From a virus, in UHGV virus genome UHGV-0098755: a stretch of DNA of 64,000 nucleotides, one strand, 5' to 3'. Shown in pieces: positions 30,185 to 39,383 of this stretch (position 1 is the stretch's first letter; each line of letters begins with the position of its first letter). Below the pieces are notes generated by a model that saw only the letters and a list, made by a program, of their open reading frames with translations, ran no database searches and was not told the DNA's origin. Made by a program: the position numbers and the translations under genes.

Positions 30185-31165
30185 TTATTTTAGAAGAGTA
30201 ACCTCAGCAATTTCTTCCCAACCATTTTTGTCGGTCATAATAAAGTCAGCAAGATAAAGAGCAGTACGCAGTGAAACATTGCGTAAACGATTAACATTAA
30301 CTTTCATCCATGATAATGCTTTATAAGTTTCTTCATCAGAAAGACCGCGCTTTTGCATCATGTCAGTTGAAAGAATAACATCTTCAACCCTGACCATAAT
30401 TTCTTCATTAGTGTGAACACCCAAATCTAAATAAACCGAGCGGGACACTAATGCTTGTAAGTGTGGAGCAAGTTTAGTACCACGGTCTAATTCGCGGTCA
30501 ATGTCAACGTTTGTGATAAAAACAATCGTTCCTTTAAATTCAAACTCACGGTCAATGCCTTTTTCTTCTAAGTAAGAAGATGCAGTGCTCCAGCAGACTT
30601 TACGGGTCTCTCCAGTGTCCAGAGCAGCTTTTAGAAGATTAAGAATGTCCATATCAGAGAAAACATCCACATCATCAATCAAAAGGACAGAATTCTCTTC
30701 ACGATTATTCCAAAGCTGTTCATAAAGACCAATACCAGAGATTTTACCATTAATGCTTTTATATTCAATGTATCCATTATCATTTGCTTTATTTAAAGCT
30801 TTATCTAAAGAATACGTTTTACCAATACCTGCTGCGCCAGAGATAATTAATGAACGAATATTTCCATTAATAATACCATTCGTCATCATTCCCATAACAT
30901 TAAATCTTTTATTAATGCGGGTTTTCATATCTTCATACGATTCTTTAACTTCTTCAACTTTTACACCATCATATGAAATATCTGATTTGTAAACCCAAAC
31001 ACCGCGACGTTTACCGTCAATTTCAACAAAAACTTTACCATCTCCTTGTGCATCTACCGGAGCATTATCTGGGAACCATTCGCCTAAGAGCTCAAAAGTT
31101 CCAGAGATTTCTTTACCGAAGTAGATACCCTTATTGATAGTTACAGTTTTCATTTTATTCTCCAA
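30185..31165 (-). CDS. AAA+/P-loop ATPase
   Basis: 326-aa ORF; Walker A GAAGIGKTY, Walker B VLLIDDVD. Confidence 0.7.
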   Translation of the reverse strand: MENKMKTVTINKGIYFGKEISGTFELLGEWFPDNAPVDAQGDGKVFVEIDGKRRGVWVYKSDISYDGVKVEEVKESYEDMKTRINKRFNVMGMMTNGIINGNIRSLIISGAAGIGKTYSLDKALNKANDNGYIEYKSINGKISGIGLYEQLWNNREENSVLLIDDVDVFSDMDILNLLKAALDTGETRKVCWSTASSYLEEKGIDREFEFKGTIVFITNVDIDRELDRGTKLAPHLQALVSRSVYLDLGVHTNEEIMVRVEDVILSTDMMQKRGLSDEETYKALSWMKVNVNRLRNVSLRTALYLADFIMTDKNGWEEIAEVTLLK

Positions 31166-31177
31166 TTTTACATTTGT

Positions 31178-31222
31178 TTTGATAGGGTAATAGTATCACA
31201 CTACTACCCTGCTGTAAACAAT
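31178..31222 (-). promoter_or_regulatory. T4-type early promoter
   Basis: GTTTACAGCAGGG...GTGATACTATTACC pattern upstream of the AAA+ ATPase gene. Confidence 0.65.
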
Positions 31223-31486
31223 TTATTTTAATGTTTGCCAAATTTTTACTGCTTCGCGACGAGATACTTCTACGGCGCCAAGTTCTATAGCTTTTTGGCG
31301 TCGCCGAGCGTGTAAGTCATAATGTTTAATGCGTTTATCTTGAAACCAAGAACGTTTCATTCCTATTGCTTCTGCCATTTCGTGAAGCTCTTCAATATCT
31401 CCATCAGTGAACATATGACAATTTTTAGTTGGATGACCGCGAAGTTTCCATCCATGATTCATTAAAACATCTACGTAAACTGTCAT
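31223..31486 (-). CDS. DUF4031-like small protein
   Basis: 87-aa ORF with MTVYVD...HMFTD...WFQ...HYDL pattern recalled for DUF4031. Confidence 0.5.
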   Translation of the reverse strand: MTVYVDVLMNHGWKLRGHPTKNCHMFTDGDIEELHEMAEAIGMKRSWFQDKRIKHYDLHARRRQKAIELGAVEVSRREAVKIWQTLK

Positions 31487-31651
31487 TGATTCTTCTCCAA
31501 ATAAGTTTCGATAATTTTCTGGGCGAGATAAACCGCGTTATCTTCAGTTGCGTCTTCTAAGAAACTTTCAAAACACTCTGAAATTTCTTCTGTATCAATC
31601 AACTTTTTTACTTCAATTGGTGTAATTTTCATTTTGTTTTCCGTTTAAGTG

Positions 31652-31705
31652 TTTGTTTTGATAGTTGTATAGTACCATAAAGCTTTATGCTTGTAAACCA
31701 CTTTG
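31652..31705 (-). promoter_or_regulatory. T4-type early promoter
   Basis: GTTTACAAGCATAAAGCTTTATGGTACTATACAAC. Confidence 0.7.
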
Positions 31706-31722
31706 TGAAAAATTTTTGAAAT

Positions 31723-31750
31723 AAAAAAGGGGACCTCTAGGGCCCCTTTG
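31723..31750 (-). terminator. Intrinsic terminator
   Basis: GGGGCCC...GGUCCCC hairpin followed by UUUUUU. Confidence 0.65.
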
Positions 31751-31757
31751 TGTTGAT

Positions 31758-32243
31758 TTATTCCATTTCTACTATATGCATGTTCTTTTTGCTATCAAAA
31801 TATATGTTTTTAACTATTAACTCAGAATTAATTGGCAGTAAAAACTCTCTTTCATAATCTACCATACAAAGATTATCATAAAGCTTGTTAAGCTTATCAT
31901 CGTCAGTTTGGCCAGATTCTTCAATTGCGATTAAATTTTCTAAAATGTCAATCATAGCAGTCGAATAGTCGAAAACGTTTGCATTTTTTAACACTACTAA
32001 AACATTAGTCATATAGCGTTCTGCCGCAAACGTTTCAGCTATATGAGACTCACTGCTAAAGGAAGTTATTCTTTTAAATTTGATTCTCCTATTAACTTCA
32101 AACTTATAAGATAGCACTTCCTCTATTGTAAGTCCTCTAAAAAGCACGTCTTTAATCTCAAGTTTGTCTTTAATGTAATCATTAACACGCTTATGATTAA
32201 AATCATTAATTTTGTTGCCAAGGCATTGCATTAAAATATGCAT
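31758..32243 (-). CDS. Hypothetical protein
   Basis: 161-aa ORF between an early promoter and a terminator. Confidence 0.5.
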   Translation of the reverse strand: MHILMQCLGNKINDFNHKRVNDYIKDKLEIKDVLFRGLTIEEVLSYKFEVNRRIKFKRITSFSSESHIAETFAAERYMTNVLVVLKNANVFDYSTAMIDILENLIAIEESGQTDDDKLNKLYDNLCMVDYEREFLLPINSELIVKNIYFDSKKNMHIVEME

Positions 32244-32284
32244 TGTATTCTCCTCAATTTTTAAAGAGCAATTAATTAACTACA

Positions 32285-32335
32285 CATATATTATAATATG
32301 CTTTGCGATAGAAGTAAACAACTTTGTGACGTCAT
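32285..32335 (-). promoter_or_regulatory. T4-type early promoter
   Basis: GTTTAC (32314-32319) with TATTATAAT -10 region; upstream of gene starting at 32243. Confidence 0.65.
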
Positions 32336-32342
32336 TTTAAAC

Positions 32343-32368
32343 AAAAAAAGGGGAGCCCGAAGGCTCCC
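32343..32368 (-). terminator. Strong intrinsic terminator after the NTase gene
   Basis: GGGAGCC-UUCG-GGCUCCC followed by UUUUUUU. Confidence 0.8.
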
Positions 32369-32370
32369 TA

Positions 32371-33384
32371 TCATTTATAATAACTTCGGTGGTTTTCAAG
32401 ATAAACCCTCTCAAGGAAGTCATCCCAGAAACCCATGTCTACTTTTTGCTGCATACCGTTCTTAGAAGCTTCAATTGATGCTGCTTCTACTTGATCGACC
32501 ACATCTTCCAAAAACTCTTGAACCGTTTTAAATGGATGTTTACCAAGCTTCACGTCGAGAATAAATGGAGCGTCTTGGAGTGGATAGACTAAGTCACCAG
32601 TTTTGTAAATTTCCAATAGTTGGAGTCCACCACGACAAGCATGACTCAGAGCTTTCCAGTCAATACCCTCATTCGCTTCAGCCTTACGAGCGCGTTCACC
32701 ATATTCGGCATCAAGTTTATTCAAAGACTGCTTAAGCTCAATAAGAGAAAGTGTTGTCTGATATTTACGACCCAACACGGTATAAAACGTTTGTGGGCCT
32801 GTTTTCTCATGATTATGGAATACCCATTCGCAGAATTCGTTCTCTGGAAGACGATGCTTAATATCTTCAACTTTAGTGCGACGTTGCTTAATAGAACCAT
32901 CTTCTTGGTAATCAACCCACTGGTCAGGGATTTGATTAACTACTTTCAATACATCACGTAATGCGGCCAAACGAGAACCCTTGACACCGTATTTAGAAGC
33001 TTGCTTGCGAACATATCCTAAATAGGATTTCATGTTAGTCGTATAAAAACGAGAACGATTGTCTTGAATGAACTTCCATACATCAGGCAAATCAGATTTA
33101 ACTACCAGTTCAGGTGGAGTGTGGAGCATATCCAATGCTACAGTTTCACCATCTGCTGCTAATTTAAAGAAATACTTAAGACTGTACAGTTCATGGTCAA
33201 TATCATCTTTAGTGTTTTTAGATGATGTGTTGTTAGTGTTTTTACTCATATGCTCTTTAACATTTCCAATAAGAATATCACGAGCAGGAGGAACAAAGAT
33301 TTCTTTAAAATCTACATCAGATTCTGGAGTAGAAGTTCCATAAAGATGACTACCAAAATAGCTTTTCATTACTGTTTTCATCAT
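32371..33384 (-). CDS. Pol-beta-superfamily nucleotidyltransferase
   Basis: 337-aa ORF; N-terminal FGSHLYGTSTPESDVDF (GS-x10-SDVD) plus downstream DIDHE acidic patch; strong terminator immediately after stop. Confidence 0.65.
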   Translation of the reverse strand: MMKTVMKSYFGSHLYGTSTPESDVDFKEIFVPPARDILIGNVKEHMSKNTNNTSSKNTKDDIDHELYSLKYFFKLAADGETVALDMLHTPPELVVKSDLPDVWKFIQDNRSRFYTTNMKSYLGYVRKQASKYGVKGSRLAALRDVLKVVNQIPDQWVDYQEDGSIKQRRTKVEDIKHRLPENEFCEWVFHNHEKTGPQTFYTVLGRKYQTTLSLIELKQSLNKLDAEYGERARKAEANEGIDWKALSHACRGGLQLLEIYKTGDLVYPLQDAPFILDVKLGKHPFKTVQEFLEDVVDQVEAASIEASKNGMQQKVDMGFWDDFLERVYLENHRSYYK

Positions 33385-33842
33385 TCAGCCTTATATTCAA
33401 TAACAGGACATACTTTAGCTTTACGCGCTTTTAAAAATTCGACGATAATAGATTTCTTGGGTTGAATAGGAGGTAAACCTTTATACGCCCTATCAATATT
33501 TTCTACGTGTAAAGCATAGTCCTTTTTCCATTTATAATCTTTATATTTTTCATGCAGTTGTGCAGGAATAACAAATGAACCAATAATAAGTAAAACAAGC
33601 AAAATGGCAAGTATAAATGCTGATGGAATAAGAGTCCATAAACTACCAAAAATAAGCCATTTCTGTATGATTTCTGCGCAGATGATAGTTAGACCTGCGA
33701 GTATAGTACATCCGAAAAAAGAAACGAAAAATGTAGGGATAACAATAGACCAAAAGTATGCGCACAGCGTCTTAGGTCGTTGCCATTCATCGTTAAACAA
33801 TTTGAATAATTTATAGTGCCAAGAGTTTTCATTAATAATCAT
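33381..33842 (-). CDS. Multi-pass membrane protein
   Basis: 153-aa ORF with at least three hydrophobic helices; stop overlaps the NTase start. Confidence 0.6.
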   Translation of the reverse strand: MIINENSWHYKLFKLFNDEWQRPKTLCAYFWSIVIPTFFVSFFGCTILAGLTIICAEIIQKWLIFGSLWTLIPSAFILAILLVLLIIGSFVIPAQLHEKYKDYKWKKDYALHVENIDRAYKGLPPIQPKKSIIVEFLKARKAKVCPVIEYKAE

Positions 33843-33844
33843 AA

Positions 33845-34366
33845 TTATCCTTTCATTGAAGGTGTAACAGTTGTTAAATATTTAATCATAGCTTCAGCTT
33901 CTGATTTTGATAATGAAATTTCTCCATTGTTTTGACGAATAGAAATAAAATCCGGATGACGGTCACCACCGGCTTTTAAAACACACATATAAGTATCAGA
34001 TTCGTCTTCGATATTTGAAATGATTGAAGCAGTTCCACACGAATGTGGTTTTTGATAAATCAATACAGCTTTTCTTCCACCGTTTGACTGTTCATAAACT
34101 TTTAACACATCAAACAAATCACTTCTTTTATCAATAGCTAAGATGTTATTTTCATCTTCAATGTTAAATCCTTCGGATACTTCATAAAGTGTTACCCATA
34201 AATCACCTATATCGATAGTAGCATTTACTTTTCCATGACTTTCAAGAGCATGACAAATTTTCTTGATTTCGTCATAACTCATTTTAATAATATCATCTCC
34301 TTGAATAAGGAAGATGTCATTTTTAAATTCAACACGAATTAAACCACTTTCACTTGAAATAAACAT
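33845..34366 (-). CDS. Hypothetical protein (paralog A of NTase-cassette pair)
   Basis: 173-aa ORF; GFNIEDENNI and C-terminal EAEAMIKYLTTVTPSM resemble the upstream paralog. Confidence 0.55.
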   Translation of the reverse strand: MFISSESGLIRVEFKNDIFLIQGDDIIKMSYDEIKKICHALESHGKVNATIDIGDLWVTLYEVSEGFNIEDENNILAIDKRSDLFDVLKVYEQSNGGRKAVLIYQKPHSCGTASIISNIEDESDTYMCVLKAGGDRHPDFISIRQNNGEISLSKSEAEAMIKYLTTVTPSMKG

Positions 34367-34372
34367 ATTTCC

Positions 34373-34930
34373 TCACTTTGAAATCATAGTTGGAATGACA
34401 GAATCAAGATAAGTCTTTAGCGCAATAGCTTCGTCTTTGGTAAATGTGACAATATGTGATCGAAAATCGTCAATTTGGCGAATAGTTAAGACATCTCCTT
34501 CTTCATAACATTTTGATACATTTAAAACAGTTTCATCATTCTGATCACAAGCGTTAGTAATAATAGCATTGCAATTTTTAAACCATTTTAAACTATGTTT
34601 TCTTTCATTAGAATAATAAAAATATTTAATCTTAGTTATAAAATTATCCCAATTATTAATTGATAAGCATATTGACTCGCTTTCAATATTAAATCCTGGG
34701 CATGAAGAATAAAAATGAATTTTATGCTCATCATTAATGCTTACAATTTTATCAGTATAAGGATTTTCAATTTGGGTTAAATGAATGATTTCACTAGGCG
34801 TAAAATACAGCATATCGTCTTCTTGCGTCAAACGATACATATTATTTACTTTTTCTATAGCCAATTCACCAAAAAGTGAACTAACTTCTAGTACTAATCG
34901 TTTCATATTGATTCTCTTCGACTCACTCAC
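34373..34930 (-). CDS. Hypothetical protein (paralog B of NTase-cassette pair)
   Basis: 185-aa ORF; GFNIESESIC and C-terminal EAIALKTYLDSVIPTM. Confidence 0.55.
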   Translation of the reverse strand: MSESKRINMKRLVLEVSSLFGELAIEKVNNMYRLTQEDDMLYFTPSEIIHLTQIENPYTDKIVSINDEHKIHFYSSCPGFNIESESICLSINNWDNFITKIKYFYYSNERKHSLKWFKNCNAIITNACDQNDETVLNVSKCYEEGDVLTIRQIDDFRSHIVTFTKDEAIALKTYLDSVIPTMISK

Positions 34931-35065
34931 AATTACATACTCCTTTGAATAATATCAATAATATTGTTCACTAGATTATAAGTAAACATTGGGTAATTAT
35001 ATTGAATCATCACATACACAACAAACAAAACTTTCATTCTCTTCTCCTTGACAGTTGACAAGATT

Positions 35066-35105
35066 ACTATATCATAACCTTGCCAACTTGTAAACCATTA
35101 AATGA
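35066..35105 (-). promoter_or_regulatory. T4-type early promoter heading the NTase cassette
   Basis: GTTTACAAGTTGGCAAGGTTATGATATAGTAAT on the minus strand; next downstream gene starts at 34930. Confidence 0.6.
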
Positions 35106-35260
35106 CGTTTTCAATAAAATTCTGAAGCTTTGTGTGCGCATCAACCATAATTTTCATTTCTTCCTTTGCGAAAGCTGTACCTCTTTCCCGAGCAGAATAC
35201 TCATAGTCAGAAACTGCATTAGCATATTCTTCAATTAGCTTCATTAAAAACATCTGCTTT

Positions 35261-35455
35261 TCAGTTTTCATTATTCCACCTAATCATTTCAAGATATTGA
35301 ACTAACTTAGCTTTGGATTTATCCAAATCCTTTTTAGCTGCTTCTATACCATCGTATGAATATCCTTCACAATGCTCAACTGCTAATTGATATGAATCTA
35401 TTTCAATATCACGTGCTAATTTAATGATTTTTTCAAACTGTTCGCATGTTAGCAT
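35261..35455 (-). CDS. Small hypothetical protein
   Basis: 64-aa ORF. Confidence 0.4.
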   Translation of the reverse strand: MLTCEQFEKIIKLARDIEIDSYQLAVEHCEGYSYDGIEAAKKDLDKSKAKLVQYLEMIRWNNEN

Positions 35456-35457
35456 AC

Positions 35458-35676
35458 TTAAACTCTCGTATTGTGATCGATAATTTCATCAAGAAACATA
35501 TCTAAAGCTTCTAAAGCATTATCAACTTTAGCTTCAAGTTCTTCAATACCTGATAAGGCAAAGTTAATGCGTTCCTCATCTGCTTTGCGAATTAAAGCTA
35601 CCAATTCTTTAATTTTATCTGCTTGTTCGATACTAATCATTATTCCACCACATATGAAAGAGAGAATATTGCACAC
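35458..35676 (-). CDS. Small hypothetical protein
   Basis: 72-aa ORF. Confidence 0.4.
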   Translation of the reverse strand: MCNILSFICGGIMISIEQADKIKELVALIRKADEERINFALSGIEELEAKVDNALEALDMFLDEIIDHNTRV

Positions 35677-35828
35677 GCCATGTGAGTTGCAACTTCATCA
35701 CACATATCATAACGTTTCTTAAGAAGTTCTACAAGTTCTTCACTAGTAACTTCATCCATGTCGACGAAAAAATCACCATTAATGATGACGTAGATATTTC
35801 CTTCTTGATTAAGTGCTTCAATTTTCAT
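35640..35828 (-). CDS. Small hypothetical protein
   Basis: ORF 35640..35873; upstream codons are a translated promoter; likely start MKIEALNQ at 35826-35828. Confidence 0.4.
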   Translation of the reverse strand: MKIEALNQEGNIYVIINGDFFVDMDEVTSEELVELLKKRYDMCDEVATHMACAIFSLSYVVE

Positions 35829-35839
35829 GATGTTCTCCT

Positions 35840-35890
35840 CTTTATCCGATGGTTGTATAGTATCACAGTTCAAATGGAAAGTAAACCAGT
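35840..35890 (-). promoter_or_regulatory. T4-type early promoter
   Basis: GTTTAC (35881-35886) and GTGATACTATACAACC -10 region. Confidence 0.65.
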
Positions 35891-35895
35891 AAAAT

Positions 35896-35919
35896 GAAAA
35901 AAGTCTCCCGAAGGAGACT
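35896..35919 (-). terminator. Intrinsic terminator after rI.-1 slot gene
   Basis: AGUCUCC-UUCG-GGAGACU followed by UUUUU. Confidence 0.75.
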
Positions 35920-35923
35920 AATG

Positions 35924-36310
35924 TTATTCGAGGGAAAGAAGATACTTACTCTGGTAAAACATTCCAGTAATATCATCTATCGTGCTTTGGATGGCTGGAG
36001 GCATTTCTTTATAAATGCTGTTAGATTGGTCTAGTATGCGATCAATCATTTTAATTGTGTCGGTAGGAAGTTTACTGGCATCTGGAATTGAAGGTGTGTA
36101 TTTTCTACCAGAATACCCCAAATATTGCTCACCAAATTTATCAATCAAATCTGGCAACTCGGAGAAAATAAAATCGTATGCTTTGTGTCTAGCATAACTT
36201 TTAGTTTCAAAATGTGCAGAATGAAAATAAGCTTGTGCAGCCATTAATAAACCTAAGTATTCATCTGCCTTTGAAGGTTTTCCACTTTGTGAAAAGTCGC
36301 TGAATTTCAT
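35924..36310 (-). CDS. Hypothetical protein in the T4 rI.-1 slot
   Basis: 128-aa ORF downstream of rI; synteny only. Confidence 0.5.
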   Translation of the reverse strand: MKFSDFSQSGKPSKADEYLGLLMAAQAYFHSAHFETKSYARHKAYDFIFSELPDLIDKFGEQYLGYSGRKYTPSIPDASKLPTDTIKMIDRILDQSNSIYKEMPPAIQSTIDDITGMFYQSKYLLSLE

Positions 36311-36600
36311 TCAGTCTCCAATTTAATGTTCATAATTCTAGCGTATGATTGTGCCATCTCCGCGCCTCGTTCTATACATTCAAAATCAGAAGAGCACGGG
36401 TCATTTTTATAGGTCGTTCTCATAAAACTATAGAATTGTTCAGACGATTCTACGCTTTTATTTTCAAAAAGCATATAAACGTGCCTAATACCAGATTCCA
36501 TAAATTTATCAAAATGAGGATCGACATTCGCTTCAATCGATGGGGATAAAACAAATGACAATCCTAGCATGGCAAATAGTGCCGTTGCTTTTAAGGCCAT
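36307..36600 (-). CDS. rI: Lysis-inhibition regulator RI
   Basis: 97-aa ORF with N-terminal signal-anchor, same length as T4 RI; adjacent to tk. Confidence 0.85.
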   Translation of the reverse strand: MALKATALFAMLGLSFVLSPSIEANVDPHFDKFMESGIRHVYMLFENKSVESSEQFYSFMRTTYKNDPCSSDFECIERGAEMAQSYARIMNIKLETE

Positions 36601-36612
36601 AAAGGCCTCCTA

Positions 36613-36825
36613 TCATTTTTGCCCTGTATTTACTTTATGCCGATGCACGGCCTTAACTTTATCAAGGTATTTTTCAAAATTTCGCAATCTAGTATAGTCT
36701 GCCGGAGATTGGTTGAGTGATACTTCTCGACGCAAAGCTGAAATGATATTTCCAACTTCCCTACGAATTTCATCTAATTGAAGAACAGTAAGATTGCGAA
36801 GTTGCTTTTCAGTTAATTGTAGCAT
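36613..36825 (-). CDS. Small hypothetical protein (rI.1 slot)
   Basis: 70-aa ORF between tk and rI. Confidence 0.5.
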
Positions 36826-36867
36826 ATATACCCCTTTAGTTAGATAAACCTATTTATAACTTTTGCA

Positions 36868-37449
36868 CTAACCAAGCTTTTTAGTTAATTCATTCCAATG
36901 TTTTCTACACAAAGAAACATAAATTTCATCACCAATACAGATTTGATTACCTTCTTTAACTGGTGTTCCATCTTCCATTAATCGAGCTGTCATAATCGCT
37001 TTTTTACCGCAATGACAAACTGCCTTTAGTTCAATAAGTTTATCTGCAATCGCCAAAAGTTCTTTAGAACCTTCAAACAATTTTCCAGCGAAATCAGTCC
37101 TTAATCCATAAGCCATAACAGGAACATTATATGTATCAACAATTCGACTCAATTGATGCACTTGTTCAGTTTTTAAAAACTGGGCTTCATCTACAAATAC
37201 GCAATGAATATCTTTTTGTGCTTCAGCCCATTTATAGAACTCGAAAATATCCATATCATCTGTAATAATATTTGCTTCCTGCCTAATTCCAATGCGAGAA
37301 ACGACTTCACAGACAGAATCGCGAGTATCAATAGCAGGCTTAAGAACTAATACACTCATTCCACGTTCTTTATAATTATGTGCAGCAGTCAAAAGAGAAG
37401 CAGATTTTCCAGCATTCATTGCTGCATAAGTAAAAATTAAACTCGCCAT
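36868..37449 (-). CDS. tk: Thymidine kinase
   Basis: 193-aa ORF; P-loop AAMNAGKS; C-terminal zinc cysteines. Confidence 0.95.
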   Translation of the reverse strand: MASLIFTYAAMNAGKSASLLTAAHNYKERGMSVLVLKPAIDTRDSVCEVVSRIGIRQEANIITDDMDIFEFYKWAEAQKDIHCVFVDEAQFLKTEQVHQLSRIVDTYNVPVMAYGLRTDFAGKLFEGSKELLAIADKLIELKAVCHCGKKAIMTARLMEDGTPVKEGNQICIGDEIYVSLCRKHWNELTKKLG

Positions 37450-37450
37450 T

Positions 37451-37639
37451 TTAGTCCTTAGTTAAATTTTCTAAATATGTTTCTAAATCATTTTCAGCTT
37501 TATCGATAGATTTTACTAATTCGTAATATGTTTCGGCATCTCCATAATCAGAAGATAATTCAAAAGACAAATCCTTTTCTAAACTAATAATTTCACCAAC
37601 TAAAAATAATATTTCGTTCTTTTGTTCGCGAGTAATCAT
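37451..37639 (-). CDS. Small acidic hypothetical protein
   Basis: 62-aa ORF. Confidence 0.4.
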   Translation of the reverse strand: MITREQKNEILFLVGEIISLEKDLSFELSSDYGDAETYYELVKSIDKAENDLETYLENLTKD

Positions 37640-37842
37640 AAGGAATTTATATAATCAATAAGTTCTTGTTCTTTATTATCGAATTCTTTAGAAAGTTCTT
37701 CGTACTCGTTTGCACTAAAAGGACCGCATTCATTACAAACTTTTTCCAATTCACTATTTTTATCCATAACTTCGTGGATAAGAGAAAAGAGTTTGTCTTT
37801 TTGTTCTTTGCTTAAACTCATAACCATGTCACCTTTAAGCAA
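37636..37842 (-). CDS. Small hypothetical protein
   Basis: 68-aa ORF. Confidence 0.4.
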   Translation of the reverse strand: MLKGDMVMSLSKEQKDKLFSLIHEVMDKNSELEKVCNECGPFSANEYEELSKEFDNKEQELIDYINSL

Positions 37843-38045
37843 TATTCTTCTACGTGCTGTTTACGACCTTTCTTATCAATAAAGGTGTATTCAACGAATG
37901 TTCCAATGTAGTCTTTATCGACATCATGTGGACTATTAATTGGACATTTAGTACGGCAAATGCGTTCCCATTGACGAATAATTACTGCCTTATTCTTTGG
38001 GTCATACGGATGTGGATAATGTATATTCATAATAATGGTTCCCAA
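37818..38045 (-). CDS. Small hypothetical protein
   Basis: 75-aa ORF. Confidence 0.4.
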   Translation of the reverse strand: MGTIIMNIHYPHPYDPKNKAVIIRQWERICRTKCPINSPHDVDKDYIGTFVEYTFIDKKGRKQHVEEYCLKVTWL

Positions 38046-38494
38046 TCAACAATCACAATTTCTAATTTAGAGGAATATGTATCTAAAATCCCCTCAATAA
38101 TATCCCAGTTCCCTTTACCTATGCCTGCACCAATCCTAGGCATATAGATTGTAGGTTTAATCAGTTTATTTTCACCAAACTCATTTAATTCTAACATACA
38201 ATTCATTAAAGCGGAATATTCAAAATTTGGCCCTGGTTGAAATTGAGTATAAAGATTAAAGCAGTAAGCTTTATGAGTCCTAAAGTATTTTTCATAGACT
38301 GAGTAAGAACCAAGTTTAGTTACATCACCCCATTCAGTCTGTAATTTATCAGCTTCCAAAATTTTAGGGAAAGCTTTGGTTAATTGACCTGCGACTCCAG
38401 CTTTCATCGTATGAAAACAATTGCATCCATGCGCAATATTTTTACCTTCAGTGAAAAGGGCGACAATATCGCCCTTGATATATTTTATAATCAT
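38027..38494 (-). CDS. Macro-domain protein (ADP-ribose binding/processing fold)
   Basis: 155-aa ORF; KGDIVALFTEGKNIAHGCNCFHTMKAGVAGQL and later MPRIGAGIGKGNW fit macro-domain N- and C-terminal signature positions as recalled. Confidence 0.55.
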   Translation of the reverse strand: MIIKYIKGDIVALFTEGKNIAHGCNCFHTMKAGVAGQLTKAFPKILEADKLQTEWGDVTKLGSYSVYEKYFRTHKAYCFNLYTQFQPGPNFEYSALMNCMLELNEFGENKLIKPTIYMPRIGAGIGKGNWDIIEGILDTYSSKLEIVIVDWEPLL

Positions 38495-38838
38495 TTAGTA
38501 CTCAATCCTCGATTATAAGAATCTACCAAACGGTCAACCATTGAATGACAAGCGGCTTTATCTTTCTCCTCCGCAACTGAACATTCTAAGGTATTCCACT
38601 TTTTAGCATATCGTTTTAATAATGTATCGTTTTTGTATCTGCTTGATTTATCTCTTTCTCCGTCTTTATATGCATATATTAATTTCTGCGCAAATTCAGC
38701 TTGGCATGCTTTATTTTTCCCACAATAATCTGCCGCAGTGCGATTTACATATTCTCTAATTTCAGTATATGATGTATCTGCTGACGCAGAAGCAGAAAAT
38801 GAAATTAATCCTATACATAAAACCAAAATTTTAGTCAT
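38491..38838 (-). CDS. Secreted small protein in the T4 vs slot
   Basis: 115-aa ORF with signal peptide; assignment by position only. Confidence 0.45.
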   Translation of the reverse strand: MTKILVLCIGLISFSASASADTSYTEIREYVNRTAADYCGKNKACQAEFAQKLIYAYKDGERDKSSRYKNDTLLKRYAKKWNTLECSVAEEKDKAACHSMVDRLVDSYNRGLSTK

Positions 38839-39376
38839 TTACTATTTCCAAAAGTTTATTATTTTTAAGGTAATTAGCCTTTTCTAGGACTTCAGAAGCA
38901 TATTTAGAACCAGCTTTAACATTCCATCCCGAATTATAAGAGGATATTGCTTTTCTTATATCGCCCTTATGTATATTTAACCAATAAGAAAGTTCAATGT
39001 ACGCCCAGGAAGCTGAATTGGATCGTTTATTCAACATTCTTTTTATTTCAGCATCGGTCATATTATAACCAAGTTCCTTAACTCTCGCTCGCATAGTAGG
39101 CAAATAATTTTGGAACATTCCGTAGGCGTGATGCTTTGGTTTAGATTTTAAATTAACTCCGCCAGAGCTTTCTTGCCATAAAATAGCAGCCATTATATGA
39201 CCTAATCCGCTCTTGTGGATATTTTTGTGTGTTTTATATTTTCCATCCTTAGAAAACTGTTCCCCGAATTGATACGCGTAACGCATGTTATCGAGTTGGA
39301 CATTACTGAAAGTATGCTCGGAGCTATGTGCCATCATAGAAATGGCCAATAGACCAGCGAGTAGTGCTTTTCTCAT
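38831..39376 (-). CDS. Secreted lytic-transglycosylase-like protein
   Basis: 181-aa ORF with signal peptide and ILWQESSGG motif typical of SLT-type catalytic glutamate. Confidence 0.5.
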   Translation of the reverse strand: MRKALLAGLLAISMMAHSSEHTFSNVQLDNMRYAYQFGEQFSKDGKYKTHKNIHKSGLGHIMAAILWQESSGGVNLKSKPKHHAYGMFQNYLPTMRARVKELGYNMTDAEIKRMLNKRSNSASWAYIELSYWLNIHKGDIRKAISSYNSGWNVKAGSKYASEVLEKANYLKNNKLLEIVND

Positions 39377-39383
39377 GCTTACC

